DNA of 64,000 nt from Nitrosarchaeum sp. Its GTDB lineage: Archaea > Thermoproteota > Nitrososphaeria > Nitrososphaerales > Nitrosopumilaceae. The DNA lies in assembly GCA_965223865.1 (NCBI GenBank), contig OZ245020.1, forward strand, positions 896,001-960,000. The letters run 5' to 3'. Position 1 is the first letter of the stretch. The number at the start of each line of letters is the position of its first letter. Shown here piece after piece: positions 18,525-27,422 of the stretch. The position numbers and the translations under genes were made by a program. The notes below the pieces were generated by a model. It did no database searches. It worked only from the letters and a program-made list of their open reading frames with translations, and was not told the DNA's origin.

Positions 18525-19931
18525 ATGAATAAGCGTGTTAGTATGCTCTTTACTATCGCAGCAATAGCTGTAGTGGGAGCCTCCTTATTCGGAAGCACAT
18601 ACACACAAACCCAGATTACTGGACAATCTCTTGATGCATCAAAATTAGATGTTGATGTAATGGAGAAGATCCATCAAATGGGCGGTTTAGAGCTTGTAAT
18701 GCCTCAAGCATTTGCAGAAACTGATTGTGGCGTGTTAGAAAACTCTGGACGTACTGTTCATGAGTTCAATTTGGAAGGTTACAGTGTTGAGCTCCCAATT
18801 ATGGGTGGCAAGACTTACAATGCCATGACCTTTAATGGAATGGTCCCAGGACCAACATTAAGAGTCACACAAGGTGATGTTGTAAAGATGACACTTCACA
18901 TTCCAGATTGGGAAGTTACTGGTCACGGTAACGACATGCACGCATCACAAATGTCTGCTAGTCACTTCGAATCTGTAAATCCAGGTGAGACTAGTCAGTA
19001 CTGTTACATTGCTGAAGCTGCTGGTACCTTCAAGTACCATTGTTCTGGTGTCAAATTAGTTGGCATGGACCAACACGTACTTTCCGGCATGTACGGAATT
19101 GCAATTGTTGATCCTGCAAATGGATACAAGAAACTAATGGTAGAGAAGACTAGTGGTAGTGGTGTATTAGACAGACAATTCTACGATGCAGATGCATTAG
19201 AGTTCCAATTCCAATACAATCAGTTGTACCTAACACCTGAAGGCAACTATGATGCCGGAGCAATGTTCAAGCATCAAAACACTGCCACAGTTGTTAATGG
19301 AATGCAATTTGGTTATGTACCAAACATGGCACACAACTTACTTGTAAATGGTGATACCAAAAAGAACATCTTTGTTGCACAACCATGGAATGGACTTGAA
19401 CACAAGCAATACCAATCACAACTCTTGTTTGTTGAAAATGATCAACACGTGAGACTCTTTGTACACAACCAAGGTAACGAACCAGTATATTACCACATTG
19501 TTGGTGAAATCTTGGACAGAGTTACACAAGGTAACAGAGTACAATCCGCTGCAACTGAGACATGGTTGATTGGCGGTTCTCAAGGTGCAATCATTGATTT
19601 GGTATTTGATGAACCAGGTGCATACGCAGCAGTTAATCACGACTATGCAGCAATTTACACAGGTGCAGCTACAGTCTTTGTAGCAGGTGATCCATTTGGC
19701 TTGAACCCAGTTCTAGTTGAAAAAGGTGTCATTGAAGCACCAGTTGCCTCTTATGCTTATGCATTAGGTAACCCAAGTGATGCAGTCCCACCAATGGGAA
19801 TGAACAGTATTGCACATCCTGCAATTAACATTCATGGTCTATACACTGATGAAGTAGCTTCTGAAATGCAAGATAATGGCATGATTCCATTATGGGAAGT
19901 AATTCCTGTAGTGGCAGAAATGCTTTCTTGA
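18525..19931 (+). CDS. nirK: Copper-containing nitrite reductase, thaumarchaeal type
   Basis: N-terminal signal/anchor; PGPTLRV, HGNDMH, YHC-x10-H-x4-M copper ligands, YHIVGE and VNHD. Confidence 0.93.
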   Translation: MNKRVSMLFTIAAIAVVGASLFGSTYTQTQITGQSLDASKLDVDVMEKIHQMGGLELVMPQAFAETDCGVLENSGRTVHEFNLEGYSVELPIMGGKTYNAMTFNGMVPGPTLRVTQGDVVKMTLHIPDWEVTGHGNDMHASQMSASHFESVNPGETSQYCYIAEAAGTFKYHCSGVKLVGMDQHVLSGMYGIAIVDPANGYKKLMVEKTSGSGVLDRQFYDADALEFQFQYNQLYLTPEGNYDAGAMFKHQNTATVVNGMQFGYVPNMAHNLLVNGDTKKNIFVAQPWNGLEHKQYQSQLLFVENDQHVRLFVHNQGNEPVYYHIVGEILDRVTQGNRVQSAATETWLIGGSQGAIIDLVFDEPGAYAAVNHDYAAIYTGAATVFVAGDPFGLNPVLVEKGVIEAPVASYAYALGNPSDAVPPMGMNSIAHPAINIHGLYTDEVASEMQDNGMIPLWEVIPVVAEMLS

Positions 19932-19941
19932 TAATTTAACA

Positions 19942-19962
19942 TCTCTTTTTCTTTTTATTATT
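19942..19962 (+). terminator. U-rich archaeal terminator after nirK
   Basis: tctctttttctttttattatt about 10 nt after the stop codon. Confidence 0.5.
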
Positions 19963-19999
19963 TGAATGAATTATATTCTGTAGCTTTTTTTTCTAGTGT

Positions 20000-20932
20000 A
20001 TGGGATTTGATGACACAGTTTTAATTTGTGATGAAGTTGATCCACTTTTAAATAAAATTCTTGAAGATAATGGTTTGAGGGTTTCATACGAACCAGAAAT
20101 TACTCCCGAACAAATTCTTGAAAAAATTTCTAATTTCAATATTGTAATTGTTCGAAGTAGGACTACGATAACTAAAGAAATGATTGACAAAGCAGAAAAT
20201 TGTAAGGTTATTGCTCGTGTAGGTGTAGGTCTTGATAATATTGATCAAGAAGCTGCAAAAACCAAAAACATTCGTGTGATTAATGCAGTAGAGGGAGCAA
20301 TGAATGCAGTAGCTGAATTAGTTTTGGGACTGATGTTATCTTTGGCAAGACAAACTACTAGAGGAGATCGAGGAGTTAGAAATGGCCAATGGCTGAAAAA
20401 AGAATTGAAGGGAACAGAACTCAAAGGAAAATATCTTGGAATTATAGGCCTTGGCAATATTGGAAAAAGACTGGGCCGACTAGCAAGGGCATTAAACATG
20501 AACATTATTGGCTATGATGTCATTCCAATAGATGAAGAATTCTCAAAAGAAGTGGGCTTGATGAAAGCTGATTTAGACACTTTGTTGCAAAGCTCTGATT
20601 ATGTCTCAATTCATGTTCCACTACTTGATTCAACTTATCACTTGATTAATGCTCAAAAAATGAGTATGATGAAAAAGACTGCAAAAATTATCAATACATC
20701 TAGAGGTGGAGTAGTAGATGAGGAGGCCCTTTATGATGCCATTAAAAATGGAAATTTGGGTGGTGCTGCCTTAGATGTGTTTGAAAAAGAACCTGCAGTT
20801 GGCAACAAGCTTGCAGAATTAGACAATGTAATCCTAACACCGCATATTGGTGCTCAGACAAAAGAGGCTCAATCCTTGGCAGCAAATGTGATTGCCGAAA
20901 AAATTATCCAGATTCTCAGAGGCGTTATCTAA
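20000..20932 (+). CDS. D-3-phosphoglycerate dehydrogenase-like D-2-hydroxyacid dehydrogenase
   Basis: RVGVGLDNID, GLGNIG, INTSRG, LDVF and TPHIGA motifs. Confidence 0.92.
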   Translation: MGFDDTVLICDEVDPLLNKILEDNGLRVSYEPEITPEQILEKISNFNIVIVRSRTTITKEMIDKAENCKVIARVGVGLDNIDQEAAKTKNIRVINAVEGAMNAVAELVLGLMLSLARQTTRGDRGVRNGQWLKKELKGTELKGKYLGIIGLGNIGKRLGRLARALNMNIIGYDVIPIDEEFSKEVGLMKADLDTLLQSSDYVSIHVPLLDSTYHLINAQKMSMMKKTAKIINTSRGGVVDEEALYDAIKNGNLGGAALDVFEKEPAVGNKLAELDNVILTPHIGAQTKEAQSLAANVIAEKIIQILRGVI

Positions 20933-21031
20933 ACCATTTATTCTGCAAAAATAACTAAAAAAGCTTGACTCATACGTGATTTAATCTAGTCTAATTCTTT
21001 TTAAGATCAATCTAGAGGTTAACAATACATA

Positions 21032-21847
21032 TTGAAAAATCAGGGTTTAGAGGATATACAAAACGAACAAACAAAGTCCATTCCAAGTATTTCCTCATTG
21101 CTTAAAATTTCAATAGGGTTGGTTATTGTTGCAATAATTTCTACGTCTTTTGTATATGCTGATACAACATCTGTTTCTATTGATGGAATTTCTTATGATG
21201 TTGAATATACTGGAGAAGGTGTTTCTGTTACAGGAGTTGAGGCTGATTTGGATTTTATATCCCTAATTTTTTCTGTTGATGTTACAGGCTCACCTGGAAC
21301 GCTGAGTGTGACTCTTGATAGAGGTTTCTTTGACTCAAAATTTGAAGGAATTGATGAAGAATTTTTTGTAATAGTAGATGGAGTAGATATATCATTTGAT
21401 GAAGAAAAATCATCTGCTTCTAGAATTCTAACTATGGAATTACCTGAAGGAACCGAGGATATTGAAATTATTGGTTCTGTCTTTGGTTCACCTATTCAAG
21501 AACCTCCAGTTGTAGAAGAGCCACCTATAGTGGAAGAACCCATTGTAGAAGAACCTCCAGTCGAGGAACCCCCAGTAGTAGAGGAACCTATTGAAGAAAC
21601 TCCTAAACCTGAGAAGCCATCTACCCCAGTTGTAACTCCAGAGGAAACAAAACCAAGAACTGAATGTGGACCAGGAACTATTCTAAAAGATGGAGTATGT
21701 GTAGTCAAACCAGCACCTCCTGCCACCACTGACATCAGAGGTATGGGAGCTGAATTAGTAACTTCTATAATTGTGGGATTCATTATTGCAGGTGCAATCG
21801 GAATTATTATTGCCTTGATATCAAAAGCAGGAAAGCGTAGAGACTAA
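21032..21847 (+). CDS. Membrane-anchored surface protein with Glu/Pro-rich stalk
   Basis: Signal segment, beta-rich domain, EEPP(V/I)V repeats, CGPGT-x5-VC motif, C-terminal TM and basic tail. Confidence 0.8.
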   Translation: MKNQGLEDIQNEQTKSIPSISSLLKISIGLVIVAIISTSFVYADTTSVSIDGISYDVEYTGEGVSVTGVEADLDFISLIFSVDVTGSPGTLSVTLDRGFFDSKFEGIDEEFFVIVDGVDISFDEEKSSASRILTMELPEGTEDIEIIGSVFGSPIQEPPVVEEPPIVEEPIVEEPPVEEPPVVEEPIEETPKPEKPSTPVVTPEETKPRTECGPGTILKDGVCVVKPAPPATTDIRGMGAELVTSIIVGFIIAGAIGIIIALISKAGKRRD

Positions 21848-22356
21848 CATTTAGAATTTTCTTGATTCATTAATTGATCAAAATCAAAACCAGAATACTG
21901 TGTATTTACAGTATATGGAATAACACCTATGATAGGAGTGTCAATACTAACTAGGACAAATAGTTGTCTTGCATCAATTCTGTTATCTCCTCCATCAAAC
22001 TGAAAATCCATAATCATAAACAGACGCTGCGAATCCACATAATTCTCTGAAGAGAATTTTCCCTGGATTATCTTTGATTCAGAGCCATTAATTTCAAAAT
22101 TCTCTATTGTATATGTCCCTTTATCTTGCATTTGATAAAATGTAATTATATCAATATTCTTAAAATTTGCAGGAAATGATGATGTATTGCATATCTCTAT
22201 ACTTCTATTATTAGACATCTCAAAGAAACTAAATTTTCCTGGCTCAATCCATCTGTATTCTAATTGTTCTGCAGCATAGATGTTTAGTCCTGAATATGCA
22301 AAGGGAATGATTATAGCAATTATTGCAATTATTGTTATTACTGTGTGTTTGTTCAT
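21844..22356 (-). CDS. Hypothetical membrane-anchored protein
   Basis: 170 aa ORF with N-terminal TM; in an operon with 22365-22997. Confidence 0.75.
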   Translation of the reverse strand: MNKHTVITIIAIIAIIIPFAYSGLNIYAAEQLEYRWIEPGKFSFFEMSNNRSIEICNTSSFPANFKNIDIITFYQMQDKGTYTIENFEINGSESKIIQGKFSSENYVDSQRLFMIMDFQFDGGDNRIDARQLFVLVSIDTPIIGVIPYTVNTQYSGFDFDQLMNQENSKC

Positions 22357-22364
22357 TTTGCCTT

Positions 22365-22997
22365 CTAAATTACAATTATTCCTACTTTGATTAGATGTTG
22401 TAAAGCTTGCGCAAAATCGTTATCTGAGATTCTTTCTTCAATCCACCATGCAGCATTTATCTTTACCCAACTTGGAATTTCAGCTTCTGTTGTTTCTGTG
22501 TCTATTTGTGTTTCTGGAATCACAATGATCTCTTTTTCAATTAGAAATTCAATTCCATCACTAAATGAAAAATCTGAAATCTGATCAGTTACCCAATAGT
22601 ATGTTAGCTGCTTTATCCATGAAGGAATACAAACATTACCTGTGTCTACCAGTTCAAATTCTGCGGTGGTTTTGGTTCCAGAATATTCTACATCGATAAA
22701 GTATTTTCCTAACGGAAATACTTCTGCCTCAAATGGAGCTAAGGATGGAACTGGATTTTGTAAATTTGAAATTTGGATAGGAATCGCACTGCTGCCTTTT
22801 CCCGTCTCATCTCTAATATGAACAATTGCGGGATCCCCTGTTATTTCAGAAACTTCAATTGTATAGAATAATTTTTCACAGTAACTATAAGCAGTCTTTT
22901 CCATAATGATGCTAACAGTTGGTTCTGCATAGGAACTTGGGAAAATTGTAAAAATTAATGTAAAAATTATCACAACAATAGTTTGGATGCTTTTCAT
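22365..22997 (-). CDS. Secreted protein with duplicated thaumarchaeal C-terminal domain
   Basis: Signal peptide; two IPSW(I/V)K...WW/YW...ISD units, as in 13315-14583. Confidence 0.8.
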   Translation of the reverse strand: MKSIQTIVVIIFTLIFTIFPSSYAEPTVSIIMEKTAYSYCEKLFYTIEVSEITGDPAIVHIRDETGKGSSAIPIQISNLQNPVPSLAPFEAEVFPLGKYFIDVEYSGTKTTAEFELVDTGNVCIPSWIKQLTYYWVTDQISDFSFSDGIEFLIEKEIIVIPETQIDTETTEAEIPSWVKINAAWWIEERISDNDFAQALQHLIKVGIIVI

Positions 22998-23080
22998 CTT
23001 TCTGATTCCTTATTGGCTTAATAAAAGTCTCAAAGAATTACTCAGGAATACTTTTTAAGAACTGTGACTAGTTTTTAATA

Positions 23081-23210
23081 TCGAGTTTTCTGCGGATGCA
23101 ACTCTTTGAGTGTGTGGTTTGTGAAACCCACCTCATAGAGCATTTTAATCAGGAATATTGTCTGTGTTTGGCGATTTACAGTTATTAATGGGCATTTAAT
23201 TAATGCCGAT
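23081..23210 (+). promoter_or_regulatory. Putative structured 5' leader of rpl15e
   Basis: TATA-like TTTTTAAG at 23052-23059; irregular hairpin at 23094-23145 with a GTGA loop; hairpin GGCATT/AATGCC at 23191-23207 just before the ATG. Confidence 0.55.
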
Positions 23211-23666
23211 ATGCCTAGTCGACAAGACCAAGTTTGGATCCAGCTTTGGAGGGATAATGGTCCAAATATACGAGAACGAATAGTAGGATGGCGTAAGCAA
23301 AATGCCATCACTCGAATTGAAAAACCTAGCAGATTGCAAAGAGCAAGAAGATTAGGTTACAAGGCAAAACAAGGTATCATAGTAGTCAGAATGAGAGTAG
23401 GAACTGGTGGTATGAGAAAACCAAGACCTACTGGTGGCAGAAGGCCAAAACACCTTGGTGTTGTCAGAATAAAGGCAGATGATAACATGAAGACCGTTGC
23501 AGAAAGAAGAGTTCTTGAGAGATATCCAAACATGAAACTTTTGGGTTCATACTTTATCTATAAAGATGGTATGCACTACTGGTTTGAGGTAATTTTAGTA
23601 GATCCTGCACATCCCAGAATTGCTCAAGATAAAGAATTAAGAAAAAGACTAGCATTAGTTGCATAA
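23211..23666 (+). CDS. rpl15e: 50S ribosomal protein L15e
   Basis: RARRLGYKAKQG, GRRPKHLG and WFEVILVDP motifs. Confidence 0.96.
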   Translation: MPSRQDQVWIQLWRDNGPNIRERIVGWRKQNAITRIEKPSRLQRARRLGYKAKQGIIVVRMRVGTGGMRKPRPTGGRRPKHLGVVRIKADDNMKTVAERRVLERYPNMKLLGSYFIYKDGMHYWFEVILVDPAHPRIAQDKELRKRLALVA

Positions 23667-24483
23667 ATTGAAACCAACATTTTTGATTCCACTACTATTA
23701 CTTTTGATAATCACACCTGCGTTTGGTCAATTACTATCTGATAAAACTGGCCTTGTAACTCGTTTTGATGTTGAATCAGGTGGACATACATTTGAAGTTG
23801 AAACTGTTTCAAATTTTGATGTAATAGATCATGAATTCAATAAGGATGAAAAACGATTAACCCTTTTCATTAATAGTGGTTTGGAAAATAATTTGGGTGA
23901 AATGATTATTCCAAAATCACTCCTTAATGGCAATTTTACCTTTTATCTAAATGACTCAGAGTATAACCCAAAAATTAACTCAAATGATAAGATTTTATTT
24001 TTAACTCTAAATTTTACTGGAGTAGGTAATAACAAATTTGACATCATAGCAACTGATACTATTAACACCCTTGAAGAAAAATCTGAATCTGTTCTCACTG
24101 AAATTCCTCCATCTGAAGGCGGAGGTTGTCTTATTGCAACTGCAGCGTATGGAACAGAACTTGCTCCTCAAATACAACAACTCCGAGAAATACGTGATCA
24201 AAAGTTAATAAAAACAGAATATGGAAAATCATTTATAGATTCATTCAATAAATTTTATTATTCGTTTAGTCCTCAAATTGCTGATTATCAAAGAGAACAT
24301 CCTTTTTTCAAAGAATCGATAAAATTACTTTTAACTCCAATGGTTTCCTCTCTTTCAATTTTAAATTATGCTCAATTGGATAACGATTTACAGATTTTGA
24401 TAGCAGGAATTGGTGTTATTTCACTTAATGTGGGAATGTATCTTGCTGTACCTGCAATATTGATAGTGAGGTTGAAGAAATGA
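23659..24483 (+). CDS. CFI-box-CTERM domain surface protein
   Basis: Signal peptide; GGCLIATAAYGTELAPQIQQLREIRD...FYYSFSP; C-terminal TM. Confidence 0.88.
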   Translation: MHKLKPTFLIPLLLLLIITPAFGQLLSDKTGLVTRFDVESGGHTFEVETVSNFDVIDHEFNKDEKRLTLFINSGLENNLGEMIIPKSLLNGNFTFYLNDSEYNPKINSNDKILFLTLNFTGVGNNKFDIIATDTINTLEEKSESVLTEIPPSEGGGCLIATAAYGTELAPQIQQLREIRDQKLIKTEYGKSFIDSFNKFYYSFSPQIADYQREHPFFKESIKLLLTPMVSSLSILNYAQLDNDLQILIAGIGVISLNVGMYLAVPAILIVRLKK

Positions 24484-24566
24484 AAAAATCCATAATTGGC
24501 GCCATTGCAATAATTGCAAGCGTTATTATCTACTATTCCGTATGGTCTCTTTTGTTTAGCATCTAA
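24480..24566 (+). CDS. Putative 28-aa single-TM microprotein
   Basis: MKKSIIGAIAIIASVIIYYSVWSLLFSI; the ATG overlaps the upstream TGA (ATGA coupling). Confidence 0.5.
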   Translation: MKKSIIGAIAIIASVIIYYSVWSLLFSI

Positions 24567-24622
24567 TATTGGGTTTTAAAATCGGTCCGATTATTTTTAT
24601 TTTATTTTGGTTACAATAATTT

Positions 24623-24703
24623 ATGGATAATGCCAAAATTGCTTTGATTGGTGGATTTTGTATTGTTGTGGCATTGTCAGTTTCAATTGTATTTGTTAGA
24701 TAA
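24623..24703 (+). CDS. Putative 26-aa single-TM microprotein
   Basis: MDNAKIALIGGFCIVVALSVSIVFVR; a continuous hydrophobic helix ending in Arg. Confidence 0.45.
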   Translation: MDNAKIALIGGFCIVVALSVSIVFVR

Positions 24704-24746
24704 TTTTTGATAATTCCTAAAATATTAGTACAAAAAATCATGAATT

Positions 24747-24992
24747 GTGGGCAAAAAAGAAGCACTAGAATTTTTGAAAAAAAGTAATAAATCAATAATT
24801 AAGGCATGGGAAAACTATAAGCTTGAAATCGGGCGTACTGAAAACACTAAACTTGATGATGTATTCAAACAGATGTTCAAAGCCTGGACTCTCTCAAATC
24901 AAAGAGCAATAGACCTTCTGGAAAACAGATCAAAGAAAAGTCAAAAAACCAAAACAAATAGAGGCAAAAAAGTTACAAAACCTAACAGCTAA
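24747..24992 (+). CDS. Hypothetical basic protein
   Basis: 81 aa ORF; TATA-like AATATTA about 25 nt upstream; fills the gap before a convergent gene. Confidence 0.6.
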   Translation: MGKKEALEFLKKSNKSIIKAWENYKLEIGRTENTKLDDVFKQMFKAWTLSNQRAIDLLENRSKKSQKTKTNRGKKVTKPNS

Positions 24993-24995
24993 ATA

Positions 24996-25658
24996 CTATT
25001 CTTCAATTAACTTTTGAATCATTGCCTCGACGTTTGTAGATTGTCCAAAAGATACATCTCTTAGAATCCCTTTTCTATCCACCAAAATGGTAGATGGGGT
25101 CCCCTGAAGGGCAAACTTTTCAAATGTTTCAGCAGAATATTCTTTTGATTTCATATAGTCCTTTACTCTTTGTATGATTTGCTTCTTGTATTCTTCTGGT
25201 TGTGAGTCAAAGTCTGGAATCTGTGGATAAATAAATTGAAGGATTTTTTCTTGGCTTACTTCTCCTGTAGTTTTTGTCAGTTTATCCATTGCAAGAGGAA
25301 ATGGTATCTTATATGGCATCTTATTTCCTGCTTGTAATTGCCCATATGTAGATAATGCCTTTTGAGTTTCGCCAATAACCTCTCCTGTCTCGGCAAGCAT
25401 TTTCAAATTATCTAATGTATTTTTATCAAAATCCTCAAATGCTGTAGCAACTCCTAATACTCGGACTCCTTCGCCTTTGTATTTGTTGTAAATATTGATT
25501 GCCTCAGGAATTCCATAAAGAAAACATCCAGGACAATTCACCTGAAAAACTTCTACTAAGACAATGTGGTCTTTTTCCTGATCAAAATTTGTCGGTGCTC
25601 CTTGAACCCATTCAGATACACCAAAATTTGGGGCTTTTTGTCCTATTACTGCACTCAT
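24996..25658 (-). CDS. Thioredoxin-fold redoxin (TlpA/AhpC-TSA-like)
   Basis: IGQKAPNF, FQVNCPGC (CxxC) and GTPSTILVDRKG motifs. Confidence 0.88.
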   Translation of the reverse strand: MSAVIGQKAPNFGVSEWVQGAPTNFDQEKDHIVLVEVFQVNCPGCFLYGIPEAINIYNKYKGEGVRVLGVATAFEDFDKNTLDNLKMLAETGEVIGETQKALSTYGQLQAGNKMPYKIPFPLAMDKLTKTTGEVSQEKILQFIYPQIPDFDSQPEEYKKQIIQRVKDYMKSKEYSAETFEKFALQGTPSTILVDRKGILRDVSFGQSTNVEAMIQKLIEE

Positions 25659-25897
25659 AATGTTCGATAATTTTTTTCTATTAAATACATAACTGGTATA
25701 GCAAATATGACATTAAATAACAGATTCATGAAACAAACAGGTAACTTCTCTTAGAACTTATTTCAAATAGGGAAAAAATCCTGATAGTCTAGAATTTAAT
25801 CAAATTCGTCAAAAAAGACATCCCTGTCTCTTTCTTCATCTAATATTAGTAAATGATAGAGAATACTTCTTCTACGAGACAGGTTATATTCAGTCAT

Positions 25898-26119
25898 TCA
25901 ATCTTGAGGGTTTTGTCTCAGAAAAATTGATGATTGGTTTGTGATCCTTTGATTCCAGAATGTACACAGCTTCTGAAATTCTTCAATATTGTTATTCATG
26001 AACCAAATAAAATATCTAGATAATACTTCATTAACTCTTACATCTTCTGATTTGTTTTCTCTACTTTCTATATTTACATCAGAAAGTTCCTTTTTTCGTT
26101 GCTGTAATACTGTTTTCAT
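25898..26119 (-). CDS. Hypothetical protein
   Basis: 73 aa ATG-initiated ORF divergent from 26213; no recognisable motif. Confidence 0.5.
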   Translation of the reverse strand: MKTVLQQRKKELSDVNIESRENKSEDVRVNEVLSRYFIWFMNNNIEEFQKLCTFWNQRITNQSSIFLRQNPQD

Positions 26120-26212
26120 GACGGAATTTACAAATTAGTAGTATATGGGCTCTCTGATAACAAGATTAACAAATGTTAACAAATGATAAATAATTGTTTG
26201 TACCAATAAAAA

Positions 26213-26731
26213 ATGATGTCTAATCTTATCGGAGTAAGACTAAACAAAGAAGATCACGATGAATATCTAAAGATAGTAAAGGAAAATGGAACAAATCCTT
26301 CTGCAATGACTGCCAAAATTGTACATGATTGGTTACGTTTTCAGCGAACTAAACAATATCGAGGTGATATCACTCTTTCAGGTGAGATTCTTAAAAAAAG
26401 ACACGATGCGATAAAGAAAAATGAAATTGGCAAAATCGTGGATCACAATGCTAAGGTTATCATATCTGAAATGGAGTTTCAGGTGGATGACCTTGACTTT
26501 ACAGAATTGAGCAGAAGGATATTGGAATGGAATAGGGAAAATGGAATTGCAATGATTATGCGAGACAGAAAAGACAATACTGTATTCATGCAAAAACATT
26601 CTCTTGGTGCAATTTGGTCTGAGATCCAATGCAGGATGTATTGCAAAATGTTTGAAATCATTGGCGAGACTATCCGATCTTTCAAGTATGATTCCAGCTC
26701 ATTTAGTTTTGAAGTAATTAGATATAACTAG
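26213..26731 (+). CDS. Putative transcription regulator: N-terminal ribbon-helix-helix-like region plus C-terminal ligand-binding-like domain
   Basis: LIGVRL-helix-NPSAMTAKIVHDWL pattern; C-terminal KHSLGAIWS motif resembling a thaumarchaeal paralog family. Confidence 0.6.
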   Translation: MMSNLIGVRLNKEDHDEYLKIVKENGTNPSAMTAKIVHDWLRFQRTKQYRGDITLSGEILKKRHDAIKKNEIGKIVDHNAKVIISEMEFQVDDLDFTELSRRILEWNRENGIAMIMRDRKDNTVFMQKHSLGAIWSEIQCRMYCKMFEIIGETIRSFKYDSSSFSFEVIRYN

Positions 26732-27009
26732 ATAGAAAAAATTTAAAACAAAATTACTTGTGAAAAAATCAAAAATAATTTTCCATCGTGATTATGGCTA
26801 ATTACATTCAAATATTTTAATACCCTGAATATCTAGTTTTTCTAAATTTTTTAATCTTAATGTTTACTTGATTTTAATCTTCCTTTATATCTAATCTCAA
26901 AACCTATGTTAATTAGAATCTGACTATGTTGATTTGTAACTCATATCAAACCTTTCCATCATTTAGTATGTCATTTGTCACAAACTTATTCTGACTAGAT
27001 TATTTTATA

Positions 27010-27090
27010 TCAATATCTATCTTCATTCAATTCGTCTTCATCGTTTTCTCTTCTAGATGGCCGTATGGGAATGTAAATGATTGACAACAA
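27010..27090 (-). CDS. Putative 26-aa microprotein
   Basis: TTG-initiated MLSIIYIPIRPSRRENDEDELNEDRY; a TAAATA box begins 25 nt upstream. Confidence 0.3.
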   Translation of the reverse strand: MLSIIYIPIRPSRRENDEDELNEDRY

Positions 27091-27223
27091 GATCTACTTT
27101 CCAGTTTAGTATTTAGATCTGACTGATAAATCATTAGTGACTGTTTTAAGCAAACCTCAGAATTTTCATATGTGCTGCCAATAGAACTCATGCCTGTTTA
27201 TCTATTGACTGACATTTGCGTCC

Positions 27224-27252
27224 AAAAGATGGGCGATTAGCCCATCTTTTTT
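27224..27252 (+). terminator. Perfect 11-bp stem-loop followed by a T tract
   Basis: AAAAGATGGGC-gatta-GCCCATCTTTT-TT; no annotated gene immediately upstream. Confidence 0.6.
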
Positions 27253-27363
27253 AAAATAACACTACTTTTAAAATTTCTTCATATACTCTTACTTAATTGA
27301 GGAAGCATTTGACTATCTTAACCAATTTCAGTTAATGTAGAGTCTAAATTTGATTCAAAATTA

Positions 27364-27422
27364 GAAAAAAATTGGAACTTAAGATCAATAACGACAAATT
27401 ATTTGATGACAGTTCCAATTAC
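27364..27422 (-). ncRNA. Candidate small hairpin RNA
   Basis: Inverted repeat AATTGGAACT (27370-27379) / AGTTCCAATT (27411-27420) with a partial inner stem. On the minus strand it starts about 25 nt after a TAAATA box and ends in a U7 run. Confidence 0.3.

Noticed and set aside
27058-27081. MAVWECK, resembling a rubredoxin start
   Set aside because: Stops after 7 codons, and I found no downstream CxxC continuation.
26900-27330. Recurrent TCTGACT/TGACT words as a degenerate CRISPR or iteron array
   Set aside because: The units are too short and irregularly spaced.
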